Assembly (NCBI RefSeq): GCF_030684315.1
Contig: NC_081355.1
Location: forward strand, 122,218,674 to 122,282,673
DNA: 64,000 nucleotides
Direction: 5' to 3'
DNA from: Stegostoma tigrinum
Taxonomy: Eukaryota
Each line of letters opens with the position of its first letter. The first letter of the stretch is position 1. Under the pieces are notes generated by a model. It did no database searches. It was not told where the DNA came from and saw only the letters and a program-made list of their open reading frames with translations. The position numbers and the translations under genes were made by a program. Positions 1 to 10,990 of this stretch are shown piece after piece.

Positions 1-394
1 CTTAGACAATTTGAATGTTGCTGTTAACTGTGGCAGGAACCCAATTCTGATGATAATCCCCCTCGACTGAGGATGTGTTCCCTTAGACTTTGGAACATAG
101 CCATTTTAGAAAAGCACATGCAATTTATTGTTGGTACATGCTGTAAGTGCATGCTGTACGTGTGATATTAATGTATCACGGTGCAATACAGCAACATATC
201 TGCTCCCTTGGCTTCTTACTGAAGATAACCGTGACAAGCTGGATTTGTGATTGCACTAAAAGGAGAGGAAAGAAGGAAGCCCTATGAGGCTGTAAGTTCT
301 GATTAAGGCATCAATATGCAGAAAGGCAAGGCAGAAATGCTGGAGCATCCAAATAGGTACAAACTGCATGAACAAGCTAAGACCCCTGAGATGC

Positions 395-705
395 ACCCTA
401 AGACCTTAAGATGCAGTAGCAGCACGAGGTCATTCAACCCATTGAGTTTGCTTCACCATTCGACCATAGATGATATGTTTCACAACCACATTCTCCTGCT
501 TTCTCCCTACAATCTTTGATCCTACTAACAATCAAGAACCTATCTGTCTCTGTCTTAAATACACTCAATGATTAGGCCTTCAAATCCCTCAGCAACAAAG
601 AGTTTCACAGATTAACTACTTGCTAGCTGAAGAAATTCCTCCTCGTCTCACTCCCAAAGAGTCTTCTCCACACTCTGAAGCTGTGGCCTCAGGTCCTAGT
701 CTCAC
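395..705 (-). mobile_element. CR1/HER1-type LINE 3' fragment
   Basis: Reverse-strand CR1 3' UTR and ORF2 C-terminus (ggtcattcaacccattgag...gaagaaattcctcctcgtctca), similar to other CR1 tails in the window. Confidence 0.7.
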
Positions 706-1584
706 TGCACCAATGCATGAGATGAGTGCTAGCCTGGCATGCATCCACCCTGCATTTCAGTTACATGATATTCTGTGATTTGTATCCATGAGTTTTTTCT
801 CTCACCAATTGCAAAACCGAGGATACTCAGCAAGATGGTGGGGAGCTTATCCCAACTGCAGGCACATTCATGTCTTTCAGCTAAAAAGGAGAAAAAGAGA
901 GATCTTGGTGCTAAGCAGTAGTGGGCCTATTGAAGGGTGGGGACAGTGAGTCAGGCATGGCCTTAAGCCAGGGTGATGTTGGGGTGGAGCTGGATGTTGG
1001 CTGATATGATAGGTGGAAGGTTTGTGAGCTCAGAATTTGACAGCTGAGAACAGCTTGGTTGCTGGGCTTTTCAATGCAGCTTTGGTTGCTGTGCACTCAT
1101 GCTCAAGCTTGTTCCTAAGATAGATGGTGAATAGTGTAATACTGCGATCCTCATCTTTCTCTGACTCATTGGTAAACAGGCTTGCTTTCTTGGAAAATTG
1201 CCTGACTGGTCATCAAGAGTTTCAGGTGTTCCTTTAAAGCCATTCACTTTGTTGATCCTTTCGACAACAAAAAGCTATTGCAACCATTTATAAACCAGTG
1301 GTGCAAGAAGAGATAATAGCACTGCAACAGAATATACCGGCATAATTTTCAATGTTTGCCGACCTCTACGTTTTATACACCCCACACTGCCCAAAGTATA
1401 TGATACGTCATGACTGCTCGCTAGATTTATCATCATAACGTAGTGTGACTATTGTAAATATCAAGCTTTTTAACATTCCATCGTAAACATGGTAACAAGG
1501 AACGTATCAGTGAGTGATATTGTTAAATACATTTCCCAGTTCCAGTTACTTTGCATAATGTTTTTTGAGGGCCAGGTGGAGAAG

Positions 1585-2050
1585 CAGAATCACAGAAAGG
1601 TTACAGCTCAGAAGAAGGCCATTCAGCCCATTGTGCCGACACCAGCCCTTGAAGTGAGCAGCATTATCTAGTGCTAATCTCCTGTTGTTTCTCTTTGCTC
1701 TTGCACATTATTTTTATCCAAAAAATCAACCAATGCCCTCTTGAATGCCTCACTTGAACCTGCCTTCTCTGGACTTCTTGGCAGTGCATTTCATTTCATT
1801 CCCTAACTACTCTGTGGATGAAGACATTTTTTTTCATTTCGATCTTGCTTCTTTTACAGATACTTTAAATCTATGCCCACTTGGTCTTGATCCTTTTCGA
1901 GGCATAAGCAGTTTCTCATATTTGCTGTATGCATCCCACTCATGAACTTGTAGACCTCTGTAAGATCTCCTCTTAGCCTTCTTCTCTCCAAGGAGAACAG
2001 TCCTGACTTCGATCTATCCTCATAGCTAAAGTTCCTCAGTGCTGGATCTA
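1585..2050 (-). mobile_element. CR1 LINE 3' fragment
   Basis: ORF 1854..2102(-) contains GLFSLERRRLRGDLTEVYKFM, the CR1 ORF2 C-terminal motif. Confidence 0.85.
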
Positions 2051-3150
2051 TTGCTGTAAAGAAAATTGCTGCGCAGAGGCTGGTATCCCATGATCGACTC
2101 ACCCTTTATTTACATGTAGAAGGTCCTTGATACTGATCCAGCTCCCTCAGAGCCAGCTCTCAGAGTGGAGAGGATGCTTGATACTCCTGATCTTTTCTGT
2201 CAACCAGGGCTCCCTGATTGGACCAGATTAACAGCTCCAATCAGAAAACTCACATTCTATAAGGTCCACCGACTGACTTCATTTACAATCACCACATCCT
2301 GTCACCTCTGAGTCCGAAGATGTAGGCTGGCTCTTTTCTTTTGTCGCATCTCCTGGGGCATTTCAGCACTGGCTCAAATTCCTCCAAAACTGCTTTGGAT
2401 ACAGGCAGTGTGTAAAGCACAGTAGCTCACTTCTTGCGCCCAGAGCAACTCACAAAAAATTCATTCTCTTACATGATGACATAGAAACGTAGAAAATAGG
2501 TGCAAGAGTAGGCCATTGGCTCCTCAAGCCTGAACCACTGCATAGCCGATCATGCAATCTCAGTATCCCACTCCGGCTTTCTCTCCATATCTTTGATCAC
2601 TCTCACTTCACCTTCAAATGGGTGTAATCCAGTCTTGTCAACTCTTGCAGCCCATGTAGGTCACTTGGGGTGTCTGGAACATACATTTTTCTCTTCTAAG
2701 GTTTACGTGCTCCTGGGAGAAATATTTCAGGATTATGTCCTTGTTCTCTAAGCGCTCTTTATCTTTAAGCGCTTGTGATCCAGATAAATGGCAGCCTGGG
2801 CTAGACCTTGTAACATGTTTTCCATTGTTAGCTAAAAAAATGCATAGGCTGACAATACCCCAAATGGCAGTTTCATATGTTGGTACAAAAACATATTGTT
2901 CTCAAATCTAGCTGACTTCTGTGAATCTTCATCCAACCACAGGTGAAGGTCCAGCTTCATGAAGGACCGCACCTCTGCCAACTTTGTGTATAAACCTTGG
3001 AAGTGAGGAGTTGGGTATTTATCCAGCTGTGAAAAACTCTGGAGTCCACAGTGAATTTTGTTAAAGTCTGGTTTCTGCGATCACTGAAACAGCCACACCA
3101 GCTTCCTTTAGAACTGGTTGACTATTTAACCAGACTTTAATTTTGATTGG

Positions 3151-3244
3151 AACAAAAACAAAGTTGCTCGAAAAGCTCAGCAGGGCTGGCAGCATCTGTG
3201 AAGGCAAAAAGAATTGACATTTCGGGCCTGGTGACCTTTCCTCG
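3151..3244 (-). mobile_element. Penelope-derived mini-insertion, family B, nested in the Gypsy element
   Basis: aacaaaaacaaagttgctcgaaaagctcagc...gacatttcgggcctggtgacc; TSD ttttgattgg at 3141-3150 and 3245-3254. Confidence 0.8.
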
Positions 3245-4004
3245 TTTTGATTGGTTCTGATTTGGATGTTGCTAAGCAATCTAACTGTTCCAAACCAGAT
3301 ATAGGTGGGCTTTCCTGGATACCAGCCTATGAGTCCTCTTACTCAATTTTGGCCCAGTGGAGCTCTTTTGGCATCTCAAGTCCACATACCATCAGCAACT
3401 AAAATAGCCTGCCGGCCTGGATCCTGAAGAAAATGTTAACCTGTTGGTTAAGGCTTAGCTTTGTTTTGGGGTTTTGCTGTTGGCTCTCCTGCAGTCCCTT
3501 TGTTCAGGATATGTACTGAGTTAGGCTATAAAATTGCCTTCATCCAGGTAGTGTTCCTGAAGGTCAGGCAGACTGGCAAGTATGTCCATTTCCATTGCAA
3601 TACCGTGCAACTCAGGCTCCACTTGCTGCATTTTCCAATTATAAAGCCAGTTAACGTATCTGTTTGAAATCTACTTGGACTTCAGCCAGTGGCACTTTTG
3701 CATGATTGCATCATTAGTCTCACATACCAAATGGTCTCTCAGCATCCCATTAAGGGTTAAACGAGAGTCATATGCCTTTGCCAATCATTTATGCTCAGTC
3801 AAAAATTCTGATATAATTCCCCTGTTTTTTCAAATTGCCAAGTAAAACTAGCAGCACTTCAGAATTAGAGGAGGCTTGGGGTCATAATATTCCATAACTA
3901 AATCTGTCAATTCTTGAAAGATCTTAGTATCTGGTGCCCTAGGCGAAGTCAGGCTGCTAAAAGAACTGAAAAAGCTATGGGTCCACATGCTGTCAGGAGA
4001 ATTA

Positions 4005-4109
4005 CTGAGATAACAAGGTATAGAGCTGGATGAACACAAAAGGCCAAGTCACATCGGAGGAACAGGAAAACTGACGTTTCAGGCCTGGACCCTTTTTTCA
4101 GAAAAAGGA
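4005..4109 (-). mobile_element. Penelope-derived mini-insertion, family A, nested in Gypsy gag
   Basis: Matches the 3' end of the Penelope at 4641-5403; TSD aggagaatta at 3995-4004 and 4110-4119. Confidence 0.8.
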
Positions 4110-4640
4110 AGGAGAATTAATTGTTTCCTTTCATCTGCCCCAGTGTCAATAGCCTGGAAAAGAAAACGCATTCTTTCCACATACTGGGCCCAGGCTTCAA
4201 CACCAGGATCAGATGAGTCAAGCTTCCCAATAATGGCGTGATGCCAGAAATGCTTCCCCCAATTCAAAGATGAGTTGCAAGTGAATTTCTTTAGGAGCGT
4301 GCTTTGTTCTCAGTGCCACTGAAATAAATCCACACAGTTCACTATCCCAACACCAAGTCACTATTATTTACATGTGGAGAGTCCTTTCAAAGATCCAGTT
4401 GCCTCAGAGCCAGCTCTCAGAGTGAACAGGATGTCTGACACTCCTGTTCTTCCCTGTCAGCCAGGGCTCCTGGTTAGACCAGATTAACAGCTCCAATCAG
4501 GGAGCTCATATGCTTTGAGGTCCTCCGGGCTGACCTCATTACATTCACTGCAGAAAATAGATTGCTTTCTGCTTCAGGGGTCAATCAAGCACACGGAGGT
4601 GGCAAGACAACAAAGAACAAGTCATAACACAACATCATTC

Positions 4641-5403
4641 TGGGGACCGCTTTGCAGAATACATTGGGGAAACCAAGCGGAGGCTTGGGGACCGCTTTGC
4701 AGAACACCTCCGCTCGGTTCGCAATAAACAACTGCACCTCCCAGTCGCAAACCATTTCCACTCCCCCTCCCATTCTTTAGATGACATGTCCATCATGAGC
4801 CTCCTGCAGTGCCACAATGATGCCACCCGAAGGTTGCAGGAACAGCAGCTCATGTTCCGCTTGGGAACTCTGCAGCCCAATGGTATCAATGTAGACTTCA
4901 CCAGCTTCAAAATCTCCCCTTCCCCCACCGCATCCCAAAACCAGCCCAGTTCTTCCCCTCCCCCCACTGCACCACACAACCAGCCCAGCTCTTCCCCTCA
5001 CCCACTGCATCCCAAAACCAGTCCAACCTGTCTCTGCCTCCCTAACCTGTTCTTCCTCTCACCCATCCCTTCCTCCCACCCCAAGCCGCACCTCCATCTC
5101 CTATCTACTAACCTCATCCCACCTCCTTGACCTGTCCATCTTCCCTGGACTAACCTATCCCCTCCCTACCTCCCCACCTATACTCTCCTCTCCACCTATC
5201 TTCTTTTCTCTCCATCTTCAGTCCGCCTGCCCCTCTCTCCCTATTTATTCCAGAACCCTCACCCCATCCCCCTCTCCGATGAAGGGTCTAGGCCCGAAAC
5301 GTCAGCTTTTGTGCTCCTGAGATGCTGCTTGGCCTGCTGTGTTCATCCAGCCTCACATTTTATTGTCTTGGATTCTCCAGCATCTGCAGTTCCCATTATC
5401 ACC
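4641..5403 (+). mobile_element. 5'-truncated Penelope-like element (GIY-YIG C-terminus, 3' UTR, hammerhead motif)
   Basis: YIGETKRRLGDRFAEHLRSVRNK...RRLQEQQLMFRLGTLQPNGINVDF; pyrimidine-rich 3' region; ccgatgaagggtctaggcccgaaacgtc at 5276-5303. Confidence 0.88.
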
Positions 5404-5929
5404 AATCATCCTAGTTGGCCCCACTAAAGGGAGAATGGCTGAAAAAGGCATGCACCGATTGGCATACAGGTGGCTATTGGATGTGTGCCAGTTGAAGGGA
5501 GAATGTTGTGGACATATTTGGGCCGTGTTGTAGGTCCAGTAGTGGAAATATCAATATCTTCTGCAGGAAAGGCAGTGTGCCAGGGATAAGGAGGACGGCA
5601 GAGAGGAATGAGGGGTAGGAGGCAATGAAAATCATTATCTCAGGATTGAATTTACTATTTTCTCCATTATTCCATGGAATGTGGGCATTATTGGTAAGGC
5701 TGTCTGTCCATAATTTCCCTTCAAATGACTGGTTGGCCATGCCATTTCAGAGGACAGTTATGAGTCAAATACACAGTTGTAGATCAGGGGTTACAAGTAG
5801 ACCAGATTGGTTAAGGAGGGAAGATTTTGTTCCCTAACAAGTGAACCACTCTGTTTATGACAACAAGCACTGATAGTTGTCATGCTGAAGATAGAATTAG
5901 ATCTGCTGCAGGAGGCTGTATCAATCCAG

Positions 5930-6490
5930 AGTGTACAGTTTACAACATACAAGCTGCTGACAGCCATTGGTTACTGCAGCTTTGAATGTATATGCCTGGG
6001 TTTTGTCAAGTATGGGGCATCATTAATTGCATGGTTGATGAGGCCATCAAGCCACCGAGTGGCAGGTCAGTGAGATACATCAACAACCGGGGCTTCTGGT
6101 TCCTCAATATTAAATTGGTTTACAACCAAACACAAGTTTCCTACACGTGCGCACTCTCTTTCCTGGCAGCTGGTATACTACTTCATCCTTGGTCCTAAAC
6201 CACAGAACTCTTTGTTCCACTCTGCCTTCAATTCTGAGGATTGACTTTAGGGGATAGAGGTTATACCTTGAAGAGACAGCAACTCACCCCTCTACTAGAC
6301 CCTGAGAGAGAGTCATAGAGGCATCAGAAGTGACACCAACTGTTCACAAAGACCACCATTGACTGGATCATTTAGCTTCTGAAGATGCCTTTCTAATTGA
6401 TTAAGGTGTTTGCTCGGCAGCCCAAGGTACAGCCCTACAAGAGACTCCGAGATTATGCTGCTCAATTGCATGCTTCGTAACTTGGTCCTC
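5930..6490 (+). pseudogene. Decayed PIF/Harbinger DDE transposase fragment
   Basis: GFCQVWGIINC...AIKPP...YINNRGFWFLNIKLV (ORF 5986..6198), then LTLGDRGYTLKRQQLTPLLDP. These resemble the Harbinger motifs GFP.V.GAIDCTH.AI..P, NRKGFHS.NVQ and LLGD.GYPL...LMTP. Confidence 0.75.
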
Positions 6491-7217
6491 CAGGGAAGAG
6501 TGCACCTTCAGGAGCATGAGGCCCTAAAATGACACAACTCATCAAAGGAACAGCAAGAGAAGGAGCAGGAAGAGGTTCCCTGGCTGCACAGATAGATGGC
6601 CTGCTTTCTGCTGTCAAAGTCAGGGATCATCTGACTCACGCTCACTTCAGTTCAGTGCTTCTAACCCAGGGGGGCCAGAATGGCCCTGAACTCACTTCGA
6701 GCTGCCATTGAAGCAGCCTGAACTGTTTAAGCATCCTTGGTCCTCTTCATCTCCTTTTTCCAAATGCCACTGTTAAACAATGGAAGCACACACAGCAGGT
6801 ATCATTTATCTCTATTTATGTTGTACTATTTAAAGGAAATGTGCACATTTTTACAGGAGGTAAGCTTGAGTGACCCACTCAGTGCTTGGCCTAAAATGGT
6901 GACCTGCTGTCTCAGTCATTTCTGCCTAACTCTTCTCTTTGGCTGATGACGTGGAGATGACCTGTTCTCATGTCTGCTCAAGGCTGAGGTACAGGTGACA
7001 GCAGTCCTTACTATTGGGTTGCCTGTGGTATCAGCCTCCAGAGATTTCTGCACTTTTGTCACAGTAGGGTCAGCCTCAGTTTCTGGACCCTAGAGAAGGG
7101 GTCCCCATCCTGTTCATTGGCTACTGAAGGTCTTTGTCAGTTTGGAATGTTGTTATAGCATCGTCAGCATAAAGTAACTGCAGAGCAGCTCTGTGATGAA
7201 GAGTGTGCACTTTTTGG

Positions 7218-7575
7218 GGAGATGATGGTATTGTGGTGATGTCACTAGACTGTCAATCCAAAAACCTTGGAGCTGGGATCAAGGATCCAAACCGCTCTAT
7301 GACATTTGATGGAATTTGGATTCAGTTAATAAATCTGGGATATAAAGCTGATCCCATGCATGTTGGTATTTCAGCTATCATTGGTTGTCTAAAAAACCCA
7401 CCTAGTTCACTTATGCCCTTCATAGAATAAAATCTGCTTTCCTTACGCTGTCGGCCAACATGCAACTCCAGGCACCCAGCAATGTGGTTGACTCTCAACT
7501 GCCCTCTGAAATGGTTGGGGCAATTAAAGATGGGGCCACAAAAAGGGGGATGTCAACATCTCATGAAAGAATAAA
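7218..7575 (+). mobile_element. tRNA-derived SINE (second family, not HE1), decayed
   Basis: Head ggagatgatggtattgtggtgatgtcactagact; body aatgtggttgactctcaactgccctctg, shared with the copies at 45185-45530 and 49598-49915. Confidence 0.7.
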
Positions 7576-7869
7576 TAAAAAGATATGAAGATAGAGTTAC
7601 TGAAGAATGGTTACTTGTTGAGGTACAGAACAAAGGATGCTGATGTCTGGGAAATGTTTGACAGCATTCTGTGGAGCTTTGCTGTACATCCCAAATTATG
7701 CAGCAGATTAGCAAAATCTGTAGGATCATTAGGCAGCAAGGCTCATGCTTGCTAAGGTGAATTTTCCTTCTCAAGTCCAAGCATGGTGATCAGCTATAAA
7801 TAAATAAACAGTGGCAGACCACGGTCTGACAATCCAGTTGAAATTCCAGAATTCTTCACAGATCCACTT

Positions 7870-8100
7870 TGATCTCTGAATCTTCAAAGGTGGGGTAAAA
7901 TAGAAGCTGGTTGTTTTTTTAATAACAATTAACAATAATTTTATGATCACCATTACCGAAACCAGCTTCCAATCCTGGAAAGTTTTCAAAACCGAATTCA
8001 AATTTCACCAGCTAGATTTGTGTCTGTGGCACCAGATCATTAGGCTGGACCTCTGCATTCACAGTCCAATAATATTGCTACAATGCCACCATCACTCCTC
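7870..8100 (-). mobile_element. Decayed copy of the second SINE family
   Basis: gaattcaaatttcaccagct...caatgccaccatcactcc is the reverse complement of the SINE head. Confidence 0.55.
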
Positions 8101-8539
8101 TCCAGTAAGGCTCCCCAATTACACTAGGGTGCAGAAGGGCGAAATCACTATGGCCCAAGGATCACATCTCGGAGTTCCTGGCCAATGGTTTGTAACGCAG
8201 ACGTTAATGCATTTCTCCATTTAGTCAATGGCTGATATAAAGCAAAGGCGCTTTTGTTAAAGCATGTGATTGAATTTATATAAGCAAGTAACATAACGAA
8301 TCTCTGAAATTTCATGGTACTCTTTAAACATACATTGACCACTGTCCTGGCTTTTTATTGAACAGCTGTGCTGCTTACATTTGATACTGAATTTCACATT
8401 AATGCCCAACGTTTTTCTCAAGCAAACATGAAATTGACAATATACAATAAAATGCATTCATTCCCTTAGTTCAGCTTGTAAAAAAAATTAGGCTGAAAAC
8501 TACTGTTAGCAATTAGAACTGAGTAAATGCTTAAAAGAG

Positions 8540-9975
8540 TCATGATACATTCACATGTATTTTAACAAAGGAGATTACAAAGGAGATTAGGAAGAAAAAG
8601 GAAGTCCATGTAAATTGTTATCTGTAGGTGAATCATATTTTCAGATAGAATAATAAATAAATTTATGCACTGGCTTGAGCTAAGGAGCAAAAGAAAGTGC
8701 AAAAAATGCAATGTAAAACCAGAGAGGGGAAAGGCTCCTAGAGTGTGTTCAGGGAATTTTCTAGAGCAGGATATATTCAGCCCAGTGAAAAAAAAACACA
8801 GCTCAACCTGGTTCTTAGAAATAAGGTAGCTCAAGTGGATCAAAGTCAGAAGTCACATGACACCGGGTTATAGTCCAGCAGGTTTATTTGAAATTATAAG
8901 CTTTCAAACCTCTGCTTCTTTGTCAGGTGAAATGGATCAAGAGTCAGTAGGGGGACATTTAAGGGATGTTATGCCATAATGTTTAGGTAAGCTATAGACA
9001 AGGACAAGGAACAATCCAGGGTAAGCAGAATTCACTGTGGGAAACCAGCTTCAGTGAGGCAAGATTGGATCTGGTCAAGATAAATTGGGTTCAAAGATTA
9101 GGCAGGAAAACTCTAACGGAACGATGGAATTTAAAGAAGGCGCAACTCAAATCTAGTTAAGGTTTATCCCCATGAAGTGGCCAGATAGTCCAGAGATCCC
9201 TGGATGACAATGGAGATAGAAATGAAAATAAGTAGGAAAAAATGTGTTCATGGCAGATGTCAGCTGGATAATGCAATTGAGAACCAGAATTTACTGGGGA
9301 ACTGATAAAGCGAATACAAAAGTAAAAGAGACAGTAAAATATGTGACAGTCTTCTAATATAATGGGGAATCCAACAATCTTCCATAAATATCAAAGGGAT
9401 GGCTAAAGGAGTTCTACGACAAATTAGTGACCAAAAATATGAAGCAAGAGCCCTGGCTGAGCTATTAAATAAATATTTTGCTTCTAACTGAAGGACTCAG
9501 ATGCCAGATAAGTCATGGTGAAAGAGAAGGCCATGCAGATATTTGAAGAGTTTCAAATTATTTAAGAAAGGTATTGAATTAACCATCAACATTTAAATAT
9601 AATAAGGCACCATGAATAACCAAGATGTGTTCAAGGATACTAAAGGAAGTGAGAGATGGAATTGCAGCAAAACTGGCCATAATTTTCTAACTTTCCTTAG
9701 CCGCAAGAGTGGTTTCAGAACTACTGCATTTCAAATGTTACACCATTTTTCACAAGAGCATGCAAAGCTCAGCAACTATAGGCCAAAGAGTTTGGCCTCA
9801 GTAATGTGGAAGCTTTCAAAAAGAGAATTTGGAATAAAATTCATTATCACATGAAGAAAATGGTGCAAATTTATTAAGGAGACCCAGCTTAGATTTGGTA
9901 AGGGCAAACAATGTTTCGCTAGTTTGCTGGAGTTTTTGAAGAGGTAATAGAGAAGATGGTGATGGCTGTGTTGTA
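8540..9975 (+). mobile_element. Old CR1 LINE ORF2 fragment
   Basis: Degenerate CR1 motifs: caactataggccaaagagtttggcctcagtaatgtggaagctt (NYRP.SL.SV..KL) and ggagtttttgaagaggta. Confidence 0.7.
8844..8932 (-). mobile_element. Penelope-type terminal mini-insertion, family C, with degenerate hammerhead
   Basis: Reverse complement reads cacctgacaaagaagcagaggtttgaaagcttataatttcaaataaacctgctggactataacc; TSD tggatcaa at 8836-8843 and 8933-8940. Confidence 0.6.
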
Positions 9976-10229
9976 AATGCAGTGTGTTTACTGTGTGTTT
10001 TGAAATCTTTTAAATTGTTATATGTAAGTAGCTTAGTTTATTATATTTTTCTTTGCATAATAAACTTCTGTTTTATTGTCAAAACTAAAGTTTGCAGCAT
10101 TGCATGCTTGCATCTCAGTGAAAGACCATCAGATCAATAAAAGCAAAACAACATAAGATCTATCAAGTTAGATTTCAGTCTGGAATCTAAATTGTATGAT
10201 AATAACATCAAGTGGAATCATGTCATATG

Positions 10230-10990
10230 TCTGACTTGTGTCTTGCAGATGCTGGACTGGCATTGACAACTGAGGGGGTGAGTTAATCATTGCATAGTTC
10301 CTAGCCTCTGTCCTGTATTTCTAATTGCAGTATATACGTGGATGATCCTATTCAGTTCCATGTCAATAGTAACCCCTCAAGATGTTAATTGCAGAGATTT
10401 GGCAATAGTAATGCCATTGAACTTCAAGGAACAATAGTTAGATTGTCTCCTGTTGGCGATGGTTATTGCTGAGACTGCAACTTGTGTGGACTAAACATAA
10501 CTTAATGTTTATGAGCTCAAGACTAGATTTTGCTCAGGCCCAGTCATATGCGCACACATAAGGCCTCAGTATCTAGGGTAATGTGAATGGTGCTGAACTT
10601 TGTGCAATCATTAGTGAATATGCTTAATTCTGAACTCGACGTGAAGGGAAAGTAATTGATGAAACAGCTGAAATTTTGCATCTAGGACACTGCCATGAGG
10701 ACCTTGGACTTGAAGGCTTCAGCATTGCATGAGGTTGCTTGCTCCTGGATAACGATGCACTGGCCCTTAGATTCTGACAGGCTTTGTTCTTCTGAGGATG
10801 CTTGCAGTCAGGGATTTCATGAGGAAAGACCAGTTGGTTCGGGGCTTGGGATTCTGACAACCATTAACCATGCTTCTCTGCTAAACACTCTATCTGCATC
10901 TGGTGACAATGTGTTTGGAACTCCAGTTCTGCGTCCAACTGTAGAATGATCAACTCATGGTCAACTTGTATGAGACTGCTATAAAAACAG
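10230..10990 (-). mobile_element. Old LINE (CR1/L2-group) RT fragment
   Basis: Similar to the decayed LINEs at 54830-55490 and 58880-61000 (shared ccccaggatgttga and ccattgaac motifs). Confidence 0.55.

Larger units (their letters stand above)
2055..4552 (-). mobile_element. Internally deleted, decayed Gypsy LTR retrotransposon with both LTRs
   Basis: Direct repeats 2055-2296 and 4320-4552 share ctcagagccagctctcagagtg and gaccagattaacagctccaatcag and read TG...CA on the minus strand. PBS-like gtggcactgag at 4309-4319(-). gag-like GKLDSSDPGVEAWAQYVERMRFLFQA and FQELTDLVMEYYDPKP; protease-like IKIKVWLNSQPVLKEAGVAVSVI. Confidence 0.8.

Noticed and set aside
4915-5035. CRISPR-like array
   Set aside because: Contiguous 39-bp units without unique spacers, inside a eukaryotic retroelement; no cas genes
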